A stretch of 64,000 nucleotides of DNA from Dehalococcoidia bacterium (GCA_965205915.1 OZ242191.1:1070003-1134002); one strand, 5' to 3'; shown: positions 46,932 through 57,414, numbered from the stretch's first letter. Program-made: numbers and translations. The notes: generated by a model from the sequence alone, not told the origin.

Positions 46932-49527
46932 GCTTTCGGTCATGAACCGTTTCCGCGTCGGCCGCTCTTTACGGTTGGCAACAGTGTTGGCTGTGGTGTT
47001 GACGCTGGGCGTGATTGCGGGGGGCGGCTCTGTCCTCGCGCAGAGTCCAGATGAGTACGACGCGCCGCATGAGCAGCCCGGGCCGGCTGTCGATACGATC
47101 CATTACCGCTCGTTCAACGTTGACCTCGCGCCGCAGGAGTTGCAACGAGATGAGATGGATATGTACATCTTCAATCTCAAGACGGATGCTGCGCAGGCGC
47201 TGCGGGGTGATGACTCAATCGAGTTGTATGAGGCTCCGGCCTCGACGATTTCGCTGATACTGAATCCGGCGCCCGCGCCCGAAGGTCAGCTGAATCCGTT
47301 CTCGCTGACGGAGGTGCGGCGCGCCATCCATCACCTGGTCAATCGCGAGTTCATTACGCAGGAGATCTACAAGGGCCTCGCGCGTCCGATGTATACACAC
47401 GTCAACCCATTCGACTTCGATTACACGGTCGTTGCGGAGATGTTGGCGCGGCAGGACCTCGCATATGACCCGGAGCGGGCGCGGGCGACGATAGCGTTGG
47501 CGATGACGGCGGCCGGGGCAAGCATGGTGGACGGGGTCTGGAACTATGACGGGGAGCCTATTCGACTGAAGTTCATCATTCGCGTGGAGGATGAACGTCG
47601 CGACGTGGGCGACCTGATTCGCGCCGAGCTGGAGAGCGCAGGATTTCTTATCGCGCCGATCTATCACCAGTTCGCGCCGGCAATTCTGACGGTCTACAGC
47701 ACAGACCCACAGCTATTTGAGTGGCACATGTACACGGAGGGATGGGGACGCGGGGCGGCGGAACGCTATGATTCCGCGACGATCAATCAGATGGCCGCGC
47801 CGTGGCTCGGAAATATGCCGGGCTGGCAGGAATCGGGACTCTGGCAGTACGAGAACGCGCGGCTGGATGACCTGGGGCAGCGGATTTTCCGCGGCGATTT
47901 CCAGGATAAGGCGGAACGGAACGCGCTGTACCAGGAGGCGACGCGGGTATCGGTGGAGGAATCCGTCCGCGTCTGGCTGGCTACGATCATTACGACGTTC
48001 CCGGCAAGCTCAGGCATCGTGGGTGTGACGGAGGACGTGGCGGCGGGGCCGAAGTTGCAATGGACGTTCCGCGAGGCGTACGTGCCGGGAGAGGACACGC
48101 TGACCGTCGGGCACCTGTGGGTGTGGACGGAGCGCAGCACATGGAATCCGGTGTCCGGCTTCGGGGATATTTATAGCAGCGACGTGTGGCGCAACCTCGC
48201 CGATCCGGCTATGACACGCCATCCGTTTACGGGAATCCCCATCGCAATGCGCGCCACCTATGACGTTGAGACGTCGGGGCCGAACGGCAAGCTGGCTGTG
48301 CCTGCGGACACGCAGATTTGGGACGCGAATGCGGGAGAGTGGACAGGCGTGGGCTCCGGCATAGAGGCAACGTCAAAGGTCACATTCGATTACAGCAAGT
48401 TCTTCCAGGCGCCGTGGCATCACGGGCAGCAGATCACGATGGCGGATCTGGTCTATGACATCTATCAGACGTTTGACATGGTGTACGGGCCGGAGAAGTC
48501 GCAGGTGGAGTTCGCGCTATCGACGGTCTCCAGACCGCTGCTCGACACGGTTCGTGGATTCCGGGTGCTGGATGAGAACCGCATCGAGGTCTATGTGGAC
48601 TACTGGCACTTTGTGGACGATTACATCGCCGAGTACGCCGTGCCGGGCAGCATGACAATGCCGTGGGAGGTTCTGGCGGCGATGGATGACATCGTATTCG
48701 ACCAGCGCCGCGCCGCCTACAGCGATACGTCCGCGCAACGATTCGGCGTGCCATGGCTCAGCCTGGTGCAGGATCGCGACGCGCGCACGGTGGACAGGAC
48801 GCTTGCGCAGTTCGAGCGGGAGGGATTCGTTCCGACGGCGGCGCTGACCATTGGCGGGGAAACCCTGGTGACGGAGGCGGAGGCACTGGGGCGATACCAG
48901 GCCGCGCAGGCATGGTTTGATGAGCGCAATCTGATGGTGATCAGCAACGGGCCGTTCTACCTGGAGCGGTTTGATCCGCCGGCGCAGTTCGCCGAACTCA
49001 AGGCGTTCCGCGATGAGAACTATCCGTTCAAGCCCGGCGATTGGTATTTCGGCGCGGCTGATCCGATCAGCGTCGAGCCGGAAAGCGTCAGCGGCATCGC
49101 CATCGGGCAGGCGCTGGATGTGAGCGTGAACGTTGAGGGGCCGGGCGAGTTGGGCGTGCGCTACGTGTGGTCGGACCCGGCGACGGGGAACATCGTCAAG
49201 TCGGGCGACGCGACGGCGGCGGACGGCGGGTTTGTCGTGCCGTTCTCGGCAGGTGAGACGGCGGCGCTTATACCCGGCCTGTATCGACTATCCATCACCG
49301 CATATAGCGATGAGCTTTCGACGGTGTCAGAACGCGTGCTAACGGTGGAGGCATCGGCCACCGGCACGACGACGGACACGGGCGATGGCACAACCACGAC
49401 GCCTGTGGACGGCGGTGGCGATAAGTCCGGCGGCTGCGGCTTCGGCGCGCCATCAGCAGACATGCTAATCATCGTGGGGCTGCTGCTGGGGATGGTGGGG
49501 GTTGCGCGGCGGCGGAGTGGATCGTGA
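46924..49527 (+). CDS. Family-5 solute-binding-protein-like surface protein with the same C-terminal Cys/TM/Arg tail
   Basis: Signal peptide. SBP_bac_5-like blocks. C-terminus 'SGGCGFGAPSADMLIIVGLLLGMVGVARRRSGS'. Confidence 0.55.
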   Translation: MGRLSVMNRFRVGRSLRLATVLAVVLTLGVIAGGGSVLAQSPDEYDAPHEQPGPAVDTIHYRSFNVDLAPQELQRDEMDMYIFNLKTDAAQALRGDDSIELYEAPASTISLILNPAPAPEGQLNPFSLTEVRRAIHHLVNREFITQEIYKGLARPMYTHVNPFDFDYTVVAEMLARQDLAYDPERARATIALAMTAAGASMVDGVWNYDGEPIRLKFIIRVEDERRDVGDLIRAELESAGFLIAPIYHQFAPAILTVYSTDPQLFEWHMYTEGWGRGAAERYDSATINQMAAPWLGNMPGWQESGLWQYENARLDDLGQRIFRGDFQDKAERNALYQEATRVSVEESVRVWLATIITTFPASSGIVGVTEDVAAGPKLQWTFREAYVPGEDTLTVGHLWVWTERSTWNPVSGFGDIYSSDVWRNLADPAMTRHPFTGIPIAMRATYDVETSGPNGKLAVPADTQIWDANAGEWTGVGSGIEATSKVTFDYSKFFQAPWHHGQQITMADLVYDIYQTFDMVYGPEKSQVEFALSTVSRPLLDTVRGFRVLDENRIEVYVDYWHFVDDYIAEYAVPGSMTMPWEVLAAMDDIVFDQRRAAYSDTSAQRFGVPWLSLVQDRDARTVDRTLAQFEREGFVPTAALTIGGETLVTEAEALGRYQAAQAWFDERNLMVISNGPFYLERFDPPAQFAELKAFRDENYPFKPGDWYFGAADPISVEPESVSGIAIGQALDVSVNVEGPGELGVRYVWSDPATGNIVKSGDATAADGGFVVPFSAGETAALIPGLYRLSITAYSDELSTVSERVLTVEASATGTTTDTGDGTTTTPVDGGGDKSGGCGFGAPSADMLIIVGLLLGMVGVARRRSGS

Positions 49528-49552
49528 CGCCTAAGAACCCGGGAGCCGACAA

Positions 49553-51172
49553 GTGACCACAGCAGAAGAAACCCAACTGTGGGATGAATACGTCGCGGCC
49601 GCGAAGACGTACTTGGCGACGGGTACGCTTGAAGAATACGAACTGAACTATAAGCGCGAGATAGGGGGACTGCTAGGACAAGCACGGAACGCCATCTTGA
49701 AGGGTTACGCCAATTGGATTGATCCTCTGTTTCTTCCATTGAGGCCTAGACAGGGTCATCCTGTGAACTTTAGGGCAATAAATGGATTTCGAAGGTGGTA
49801 TGGTCAACAGCCAGTTGAAGCCCATGAAGCGCTGAGTGTTTTGTGGACCGATAACCAGATTCCCGTCGCTGAACGAATTCGCGGCTTTAGGGAGTACGTA
49901 CCTGATTATCTACTAACCCTAGGCGTGGGCTCATTGACAACCTTCATCGCTTTCCTTCTCATGGGCATAGATGTGGAAGATTATCCGCCGTTCAACACTC
50001 GGCCGTTCAATAGAGCTTACGATCGAACTGGATATGCGAGGGCCGCTAATGACGCGGACGAAGCAGGGCGATACGAGCACGCGCTAGGCTTCCTCGATCG
50101 CTTTATTGCAGAAGCTAGCAAGCGAAGTGTTGATCTCAACAGTCGCCTCAAAGCGCAATCAGTAGTGTGGCAAGTGGCAAATCCTCAAGACTGGGGCGGC
50201 CGCGTACTAGAAGAAGAAAATAACATTTACGCTCCCCGCCTGGAGCAGGTTGAGGCCGAATCTTCTCTCCCGGACCTCGCCGCCAGTCTCTACCTCCCGA
50301 CTGAGTTCCTGCAGAACATCGAGACGCTGCTGGATGAGAAGAAGCAGGTGATTTTCCAGGGGCCGCCGGGGACAGGCAAGACGTATGTGGCGCAGGCGTT
50401 AGCGGAGCATCTGGCGGGTTCGCCGGAGTGTGTGACGTTGGTGCAGTTCCACCCGTCTTATTCCTATGAGGACTTTGTGCAGGGTTATCGGCCCACTTTG
50501 AGGGACGGGCAGCCCGGCTTTGAGCTACGCGATGGTCCGCTCCTGAGGGCAGCAGAGCAGGCACGGCAAGAACCGAACGCCAACCATTACCTGATCATTG
50601 ATGAGATCAACCGCGGTAACATCGCCAACGTGTTTGGCGAACTGTATTTTCTGCTGGAATACCGCGACAAGCAAATCAACCTGCAATATGATGACAAGCC
50701 GTTCTCGCTCCCCAAGAACCTGTTCATCATTGGCACCATGAACACTGCTGACCGGTCAATCGCACTCGTCGATCTTGCTTTGCGGCGACGATTCTACTTT
50801 GTCGAATTTCATCCCGACATCGAGCCGGTGCGAAGCGTCCTCAGAAAGTACTTGGAAGCGCAAGGTCTCGAGGAAATGCTTTGGGTTGCCGATGTGGTTG
50901 AAGCTGCCAATGAAAAGCTCAGGGAAGACCGTCATGCCGCTATCGGGCCAAGCTATTTCATGCGGGATGATCTGGGTGAGGAGACGGTCGAGCGAATTTG
51001 GAAGCACAGTGTTCTTCCGTACATCGAGGAACGGCGTTTCGGCGGCAATGCAGTGTCGGATGAATTCAGTCTGGATAGTCTGCGCCGTGAGGTAAATCGG
51101 AGCCTGGCTCAGTCGGATGACGCTGACGTGAGCGTGGATCGTGGCGAGGATGCGGCTGCCTCCGAGGATTAA
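49553..51172 (+). CDS. mcrB: McrB-family AAA+ GTPase (restriction subunit) with a non-canonical ~300 aa N-terminal domain
   Basis: Walker A 'FQGPPGTGKTY', 'LIIDEINRGNIANVFGELYFLLEYR', 'FIIGTMNTADRSIALVDLALRRRFYFVEF'. Low-GC region. Confidence 0.85.
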   Translation: MTTAEETQLWDEYVAAAKTYLATGTLEEYELNYKREIGGLLGQARNAILKGYANWIDPLFLPLRPRQGHPVNFRAINGFRRWYGQQPVEAHEALSVLWTDNQIPVAERIRGFREYVPDYLLTLGVGSLTTFIAFLLMGIDVEDYPPFNTRPFNRAYDRTGYARAANDADEAGRYEHALGFLDRFIAEASKRSVDLNSRLKAQSVVWQVANPQDWGGRVLEEENNIYAPRLEQVEAESSLPDLAASLYLPTEFLQNIETLLDEKKQVIFQGPPGTGKTYVAQALAEHLAGSPECVTLVQFHPSYSYEDFVQGYRPTLRDGQPGFELRDGPLLRAAEQARQEPNANHYLIIDEINRGNIANVFGELYFLLEYRDKQINLQYDDKPFSLPKNLFIIGTMNTADRSIALVDLALRRRFYFVEFHPDIEPVRSVLRKYLEAQGLEEMLWVADVVEAANEKLREDRHAAIGPSYFMRDDLGEETVERIWKHSVLPYIEERRFGGNAVSDEFSLDSLRREVNRSLAQSDDADVSVDRGEDAAASED

Positions 51173-51185
51173 GCCGACGCGATAA

Positions 51186-52394
51186 ATGAAGCGCCAGATC
51201 GACCTTGCGGAATATCAAGAACGCGGGCCGTATCAACTCTCCGTAGACGAACGGGACGCGCTATCCGCCAGTCTGTCTCTAGATTCGATCAAGCCGGTGG
51301 AGGGCGCTGAGGATAGGTATTTTCTAAAGGCCGGGTCCAGAGTGGGCGCGGTTGAAATTGGCGATCTGTCAGTCCTGATTCAACCAAAGATCGACATCCC
51401 ACAATTGCTGTCGCTGGCTTGCTACGCGATAGGGGCGTACAAGCCACAAGTTGACCGACTCTTTGATTTTGGCGAACGTGTGACCCTGCCGGACGCGCTG
51501 GCGTTGGCGTTAGGAAATGCGGCAAGAAGAGCCTTCACTCGCGGGCTGCTGCACGGGTACCGCGCAAGAGAAGAAGCTCTGCAGACTGTGCGCGGTCGCA
51601 TTCGTTTTGCCGATCAGATACGCAGCAGGTACGGAATCGCGCCACCGGTCGAGGTTCGGTATAACGAATTCACAGACGACATCCTGGAGAATAGGCTCGT
51701 GAAGGCGGCGGCGTATAGAATTGGCCGACTCCCTCTCCGCTCCGCTCAGGCTCGCCGCGGCCTCGGATGGATTGCCGGGATGTTGGACAACGTTTCATAC
51801 AAGGAGTTCTCGCCTCGTAGCGTGCCACCCGTCACCATGAATCGTCTCAATGAGCACTACAGCGATGTGATTGCCCTTTCGCAGCTCATCCTAAGACACG
51901 GCGCATTCGAGTCTGAGCGTGGCGGGATTCGCGCCTCCGGTTTCCTGATGGACATGAATGTCGTGTTCCAGGAGTTCGTGACGACGGCCCTTCGGGAAGA
52001 ACTGAAAGACACTACTGGCACGCTCCGCTCAGACAAGGAGCTTTCAGGCCAACGCAGCCTCTTTCTGGATGAGGGGCGGGGCGTCAGGCTTGAGCCTGAT
52101 CTGACGTGGTGGCAGGACGGCATTTGCACATTCGTCGGCGATGCTAAATATAAGAACCTGGCGGACCGCTCCGCCCCGAATGCCGATCTTTACCAACTTC
52201 TGGCCTATGCGACGGCCTTGGATCTGCCGGGTGGAACGCTTATCTACGCGCAAGACAAGGCTGAGCCACGCACGTACGCCGTCAACTATGCTGGCAAGCG
52301 GCTGTCAGTGGTTGCCCTGGACATTTCACTACCACTTGAGGAGGTGCTTGAGCAGGTGCGGGATATTGCACGTCGATTGAAGAGTTCAGGTTAG
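51186..52394 (+). CDS. mcrC: McrC-family PD-(D/E)xK endonuclease subunit
   Basis: 402 aa immediately downstream of mcrB. 'EPDLTWWQDG...FVGDAKYK' D...(D/E)xK motif near the C-terminus. Confidence 0.75.
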   Translation: MKRQIDLAEYQERGPYQLSVDERDALSASLSLDSIKPVEGAEDRYFLKAGSRVGAVEIGDLSVLIQPKIDIPQLLSLACYAIGAYKPQVDRLFDFGERVTLPDALALALGNAARRAFTRGLLHGYRAREEALQTVRGRIRFADQIRSRYGIAPPVEVRYNEFTDDILENRLVKAAAYRIGRLPLRSAQARRGLGWIAGMLDNVSYKEFSPRSVPPVTMNRLNEHYSDVIALSQLILRHGAFESERGGIRASGFLMDMNVVFQEFVTTALREELKDTTGTLRSDKELSGQRSLFLDEGRGVRLEPDLTWWQDGICTFVGDAKYKNLADRSAPNADLYQLLAYATALDLPGGTLIYAQDKAEPRTYAVNYAGKRLSVVALDISLPLEEVLEQVRDIARRLKSSG

Positions 52395-52429
52395 TCACGG
52401 GTTCCGGCGTTGTAGCCATTTGAGGCTTT

Positions 52430-52533
52430 GGATTCCTCGCTGCGCTCGGAATGACAGGCAAATGGATAGGGTTGGCGTTACGGGGTTTGGTTGGGAAATG
52501 GAGATCAAGATTCCCGCTTTCGCGGGAATGACG
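52430..52533. repeat. Composite REP element (B at 52430..52456, A at 52509..52533)
   Basis: Same B-spacer-A organisation as 28813..28960. Confidence 0.75.
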
Positions 52534-52636
52534 GGGATGGGATGCGGGGCGTGGGTGGTTGTTCGTTTTCTATGCCTACCGCCATCGGAGTTCTTGCTTC
52601 CGCCGCCTAGTATGCCGAACGCTGTAAACTGTAGCG

Positions 52637-55024
52637 GTGATGGCAGCTACACGGCCTGCTACTGACAACGATTCTTCTGCGGACGCTGCGACACCTACGG
52701 GCGGCGTTGCGGTGGTTGATTCTGCGTCTGGGGATTCCTCCACGGGGGATACATCGCGGGTGGGATTTGGGGAGCTTGAGGCTCGGTTGCGGGCGCATCG
52801 GCTGCCGGCGGAGCGGATTGAATCTATTCGCACGGCGTTTGAGACGGCTGAGCGCGCCCATGAGGGGCAGTTCCGCAGGTCCGGCGATCCGTATATCTGT
52901 CATCCGCTAGAGACGGCGCTCATCCTGACCGATATCGAGATGCTGGACGCGCCGACGTTGCAGGCGGCGCTGCTGCATGACGTCGTCGAGGACTCTCCCA
53001 TGACTCTCGATGAGATGGTGGGGCTTTTCGGGGCAGAGGTCGCGGGGCTTGTGGACGGCGTGACGAAGCTGTCCCGGCTCGCCGCGCAACCGCAGCAGGG
53101 CGCGGGGGGAGAGGCGGCGGCGCAACCGTCACACGCGAGCGTTTTCCAGGCGGAGAGCCTGCGCAAGATGCTCGTCGCGATGGCGCAGGACGTGCGCGTG
53201 GTGCTCATCAAGCTGGCGGACCGCCTGCACAATATGAGGACGCTGGATGCGCTGCTGCCGGAACAGCGTAATCGAATATCGCTGGAGACTCGAGATATTT
53301 TTGCGCCGCTCGCGCATCGGCTGGGCATCGACAGTATCGAGTCCGAGTTGAATGATCTGTCGTTTACGCACCTGGAGCCTGCGCGGCATCGGCGCGTTGC
53401 GAACCTGGTGGCGACGCGGCTGACGGAGCGGGAGACGGGGGTGCGCGAGGCGCTGAGCGTGCTGACTGAGACGCTGACGGCGCAGGGATACAAGAACATC
53501 GAAATCTCCGGCAGAACCAAGAGCGTCTATAGCATCGCGCAGAAGATGGAACGATACCGGGAGATGGGGCGGGAGTTCGAGGACATCAACGATCTGCAGG
53601 CCGTGCGCGTCGTGGTGAAGGACGTGCAGGACTGCTACGGGGTGCTTGGCATCGTGCATGGCATGTGGCGGCCCCTGCCCGGCCAATTCGATGACTATAT
53701 CGCCAACCCTCGCGAATCAGGGTATCAGTCGCTCCACACAACAGTCGTGACGCCGGACGGCGATCCGCTTGAGGTGCAGATTCGAACGGTGGAGATGCAC
53801 GAGACGGCGGAGTATGGCATCGCGGCTCACTGGCGCTACAAGGAAGGCGCGGGGGGCGGTCAGTTCGACGACCGGATCACGTGGTTGCGGCAGCTGTTGG
53901 ACTGGCAGCGGGACGTGATCGGCGCGCAGGAGTTCGTGGATCAGCTCAAGCGCGAGATTCTCGTCGACCAGGTTTATGTGTACACGCCGCGCGGTGAGAT
54001 TCGGGAGCTGCCGGCAGGCTCGACGCCACTGGACTTCGCGTTCCGTATCCATACGGATCTCGGTTATGGGACGGCAGGCTCGAAGGTTAACGGGCGGATG
54101 GTGTCGTTGAGTTACACGTTGAAGAACGGCGACACGATCGAGATTATTTCGTCAAAGCAGCCGAAAGGGCCGAGTCTCGACTGGCTGAACCCCGACCTGG
54201 GGTACGTGCGAACGGAACTGGCGCGATCCAAGATTCGGCACTGGTTCCGCGTGCAGGAGCGTTCAGAGAGCACGACGCGCGGGCGTCAATTGTTGGAACG
54301 GGAGACGCGACGGCTGGGTGTGCCGCTGGATCCGCAGCATCTCGCGACGTTGTTCGGCTATCAGACGGCGGATGAGTTCATCCTGGCGCTGGGAACGGGA
54401 CAGGTCGGCGTCAATCAGATTGCGGGTCGACTCGCGCCGCCAAAGGAAGAGGCGGACACGATCCCTGTCCGTCAGTCGAGCGGGGAGCTTTCGGTGAACG
54501 TGCAGGGTTTGGGCGCGACGCCTGCTCGATCCGCGCCGTGCTGCCGCCCAATGCCGGGCGAAGAGATCGTTGGGTTTATCACACGCAATCGGGGCGTCAC
54601 CGTGCATCGGCAGGACTGCGCCAATATTCGGAATGAGGACGAGCCGGAGCGCCTGATGGACGTGAGCTGGCCGGATTTCGAGCAGAAATTCCCATCAAGC
54701 GTCGTTATTTCATCGATGGATCGCGTCGGGCTTTTGCGCGACATTACGACACTGGTGTCAGCCGATCACATCAACATCACCGGGGTGCGTGATAGACACA
54801 ATGCTGATTCCACAGTTACGATAACGCTCACGGTTGAAGCAAGCGGCCTGCCGCAAATCAGCCGGATGGTGTCGCGTCTGGAGGACCTGCAGGGCGTCAT
54901 CAATGTGTACCGGACATCAACGCACAGCCCGCGCGGGGGTCGGGGCTCCGGACAGCAAAACGGAGGAACGGCGCGGGCGGCACAGGGCGGAAAGCCGCAA
55001 AGCAGCAAGGAACGTAAGGGATAA
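52637..55024 (+). CDS. relA: Bifunctional (p)ppGpp synthetase/hydrolase Rel/SpoT
   Basis: HD domain 'HPLETALIL...HDVVED', synthetase 'YQSLHTTV', TGS and C-terminal ACT. Acidic low-complexity N-terminal extension. Confidence 0.9.
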   Translation: MMAATRPATDNDSSADAATPTGGVAVVDSASGDSSTGDTSRVGFGELEARLRAHRLPAERIESIRTAFETAERAHEGQFRRSGDPYICHPLETALILTDIEMLDAPTLQAALLHDVVEDSPMTLDEMVGLFGAEVAGLVDGVTKLSRLAAQPQQGAGGEAAAQPSHASVFQAESLRKMLVAMAQDVRVVLIKLADRLHNMRTLDALLPEQRNRISLETRDIFAPLAHRLGIDSIESELNDLSFTHLEPARHRRVANLVATRLTERETGVREALSVLTETLTAQGYKNIEISGRTKSVYSIAQKMERYREMGREFEDINDLQAVRVVVKDVQDCYGVLGIVHGMWRPLPGQFDDYIANPRESGYQSLHTTVVTPDGDPLEVQIRTVEMHETAEYGIAAHWRYKEGAGGGQFDDRITWLRQLLDWQRDVIGAQEFVDQLKREILVDQVYVYTPRGEIRELPAGSTPLDFAFRIHTDLGYGTAGSKVNGRMVSLSYTLKNGDTIEIISSKQPKGPSLDWLNPDLGYVRTELARSKIRHWFRVQERSESTTRGRQLLERETRRLGVPLDPQHLATLFGYQTADEFILALGTGQVGVNQIAGRLAPPKEEADTIPVRQSSGELSVNVQGLGATPARSAPCCRPMPGEEIVGFITRNRGVTVHRQDCANIRNEDEPERLMDVSWPDFEQKFPSSVVISSMDRVGLLRDITTLVSADHINITGVRDRHNADSTVTITLTVEASGLPQISRMVSRLEDLQGVINVYRTSTHSPRGGRGSGQQNGGTARAAQGGKPQSSKERKG

Positions 55025-55041
55025 CGAGGAGTACGAAGAAC

Positions 55042-55308
55042 GTGGCAAAGGGTATCTCAGCAGAGAAGGCGCATCGACGGTCAATCAAGAAGCGGGACAT
55101 TAATCGCCAGAGGAATCGGACGATCAGGACGTTGATCCGCCGGGCGCGTGAGTCCATCGCAGAGGGCTCGCAGGACGCGCAGGACACTGTGCGTGGCGCG
55201 ATGATGGCGCTTGATCGCGCCAAGGGCAAAGGGACGCTGCACGGGAGGAACGCGGATCGTCGCAAGAGCCGCCTGGCACGTCTTCTGAACAAGGCGCAGG
55301 CAGCCTGA
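55042..55308 (+). CDS. rpsT: 30S ribosomal protein S20
   Basis: 88 aa basic protein. 'KRDINRQRNRTIRT...ALDRAKGKGTLHGRNADRRKSRLARLLN'. Confidence 0.8.
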   Translation: MAKGISAEKAHRRSIKKRDINRQRNRTIRTLIRRARESIAEGSQDAQDTVRGAMMALDRAKGKGTLHGRNADRRKSRLARLLNKAQAA

Positions 55309-55389
55309 GACAAGGCTGAGCGCACGGGTGGCCACTATGTCAGCACACAACACCGAAGGGTCTCCCCGGTTATGTGAGTCAAATCACGT

Positions 55390-55476
55390 GCCGGGGTGGC
55401 GGAATGGCAGACGCGGCGGACTTAAAATCCGCTTCCCGATAAGGGAGTGTGGGTTCGAGCCCCTCCCCCGGCACCA
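55390..55476 (+). tRNA. tRNA-Leu (TAA), class II
   Basis: Acceptor gccgggg/ccccggc, anticodon loop ctTAAaa, long variable arm, CCA encoded. Confidence 0.8.
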
Positions 55477-55525
55477 CTCACCAATGGAGTTGACGACGGC
55501 TTAGCGGCCATCGTTCCATTTCAAG

Positions 55526-56257
55526 ATGTCGAGAGACAAAGTACGCATTCTCCATACGTCGGACGTGCATATTGGCGCATTCACCGAGCGGTGGTCGCCG
55601 CAGCCCCGCAAGTGCTTGCACGCGTTCAAGATCGTCGTCGATCGGGCGCTTGAGGAGAAGGTGGACGCCGTCCTCATCGCGGGTGATTTCTTCGACCACA
55701 ACCGCATCAAGGCGGAGGTGGCCGATTATGTGATGGAGCAGTTGGAACGGCTGCCGATGCCGACGGTCATCCTGCCCGGCAATCACGATCCATTGGAGCT
55801 GAACTCCGTCTACTGGCGGATGGATCTGGAGGGTCGGACGCCCAATGTTTATCTGATCAAGGACCCCAAGGGTGAGACGGTGACGTACCCGGAGTTGGGC
55901 CTTGCCGTGTGGGGCAAGCCGCACGTCAGCTATGACGATGTCGGGCTGTACCCGCTCAAGGAGCCGCCGCCGCGGGGGCCGGAGCCGTGGCAGATCGCCA
56001 TCGGACACGGCCACTATGTGCGCGATCAGGCGGACGCGGGGCGGTCATATCCCATCTATCCGAAGGAGATAGCGGACTGCGGTCGCGATTACGTGGCTCT
56101 TGGCCACTGGGACGCGCACATGAACATCAGCGAGGGCAATGTGGTGGCGTATTACCCGGGTTCGCCGACGTGGGTGGGGCTATCGTCGATCGTGGAGTTT
56201 TCGGACCCTGACGGGGCGCGGTCCATTTCGGTTACGCCTTTCCCCGTTTCGCCTTAG
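55526..56257 (+). CDS. Calcineurin-like metallophosphoesterase (SbcD/Mre11-like nuclease core)
   Basis: 'ILHTSDVHIG', 'GDFFDH' and 'GNHD' motifs. 243 aa. Confidence 0.6.
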   Translation: MSRDKVRILHTSDVHIGAFTERWSPQPRKCLHAFKIVVDRALEEKVDAVLIAGDFFDHNRIKAEVADYVMEQLERLPMPTVILPGNHDPLELNSVYWRMDLEGRTPNVYLIKDPKGETVTYPELGLAVWGKPHVSYDDVGLYPLKEPPPRGPEPWQIAIGHGHYVRDQADAGRSYPIYPKEIADCGRDYVALGHWDAHMNISEGNVVAYYPGSPTWVGLSSIVEFSDPDGARSISVTPFPVSP

Positions 56258-56438
56258 TTTCCACGGATCGCTCGACTTGATTGGTCGAAGGCGGCCCTAA
56301 GAGGCCGCATGGGCCCCCGCCTTCGCGGGGGATTCGGGTTGGACACCCTCCCATGTGACATCTCCGTTTGCGCCCTGCGTGACGTTCGCGTTACAACCCC
56401 AACGGACGACCAAGCACAAACCGATGGGGGATATTGCC

Positions 56439-56996
56439 ATGACCACGACGAATGAGAATGAGGCGACCAGTGTTGATGAGGAGCGCCGGCAGGAAGCCGC
56501 TACTGAACAGGCTGGCGGAGACGCTGACGGGCACGCGGAGTCGGACAGCGGAGAGGCATCGACGGAGGTGCAGACGTCCGTAGACGACTTACAGTCTGAG
56601 TTGGCGGCGCGGGATGAGCGAGTGTCCGCGCTTGAAGAGCAGGTGATCTCGCTGGAGCGGGAGCTCTCGTCGACGGTATCGCGATACCGACTGGCGTTGT
56701 TGGATGCCGCGCCGGAGGTGCCGGGCGATCTCGTCGGTGGGGAGTCGGCGGAGGAGCTGGAGGCCTCACTCGCAAAGGCGAAGGGCGTTGTCGAGCAGGT
56801 GCGTTCCCGATTGCTGGAGGGGATGGAATCCGCTAGCCGGGGTACTGAGCGGTCCGATGACGGTGATGCGACGGGGCAGGACACCGAGCCTGTCGTTGGA
56901 CGGATACCGGCGGGAGCGCCGGCGCGTAGCATGGACGACGGCTCGGCGGATCTGAGCGCGCGGGACAAGATTGCGCTGGGGTTGGAGCGGTTGTAG
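56439..56996 (+). CDS. Acidic coiled-coil hypothetical protein
   Basis: Protein-like ORF. Start assumed at MTTTNENEATS. Strongly acidic with heptad stretches. Confidence 0.3.
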   Translation: MTTTNENEATSVDEERRQEAATEQAGGDADGHAESDSGEASTEVQTSVDDLQSELAARDERVSALEEQVISLERELSSTVSRYRLALLDAAPEVPGDLVGGESAEELEASLAKAKGVVEQVRSRLLEGMESASRGTERSDDGDATGQDTEPVVGRIPAGAPARSMDDGSADLSARDKIALGLERL

Positions 56997-57047
56997 GGGG
57001 GCGGGCTCCTCGGTTCCGAGAGCCACGAAGGTCAACTCGCTGTACAA

Positions 57048-57414
57048 TCGGAATATGGGACAGTTCGAAGTGCGAATGACCATTTCCAATCTCTCCGGTG
57101 AGAATGAGCGGGACGTTGATGCCCTTGTGGACACCGGATCGCGGCGTACAATGCTGCCCGGCGACCTGCTGCGGCAGATGCAGACACCCGTTAGATGGAC
57201 GGGCCAATTTGAGATGGCCGATGGCCGCGTGGTTGAGATGCCCGTAGGTGAAACGCGCGTTGCGGTGAACGGAATGGATGTGGCAACGCAGGTCATCTTC
57301 GGCCCGGACGGATGCCAAGCAATGCTTGGCGCGATAACCCTGCAAGAACTGGAGCTCGTCGTCGATGTCCCAAATGAACGGCTTGCACGGGATGTGGGGC
57401 CGTTTCACGTGTAG
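57048..57414 (+). CDS. Retropepsin-like (clan AA) aspartic protease, paralog 3
   Basis: 'ALVDTGSRRTMLP' DTG motif. Aligns with the 16156 and 16541 paralogs. Confidence 0.55.
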
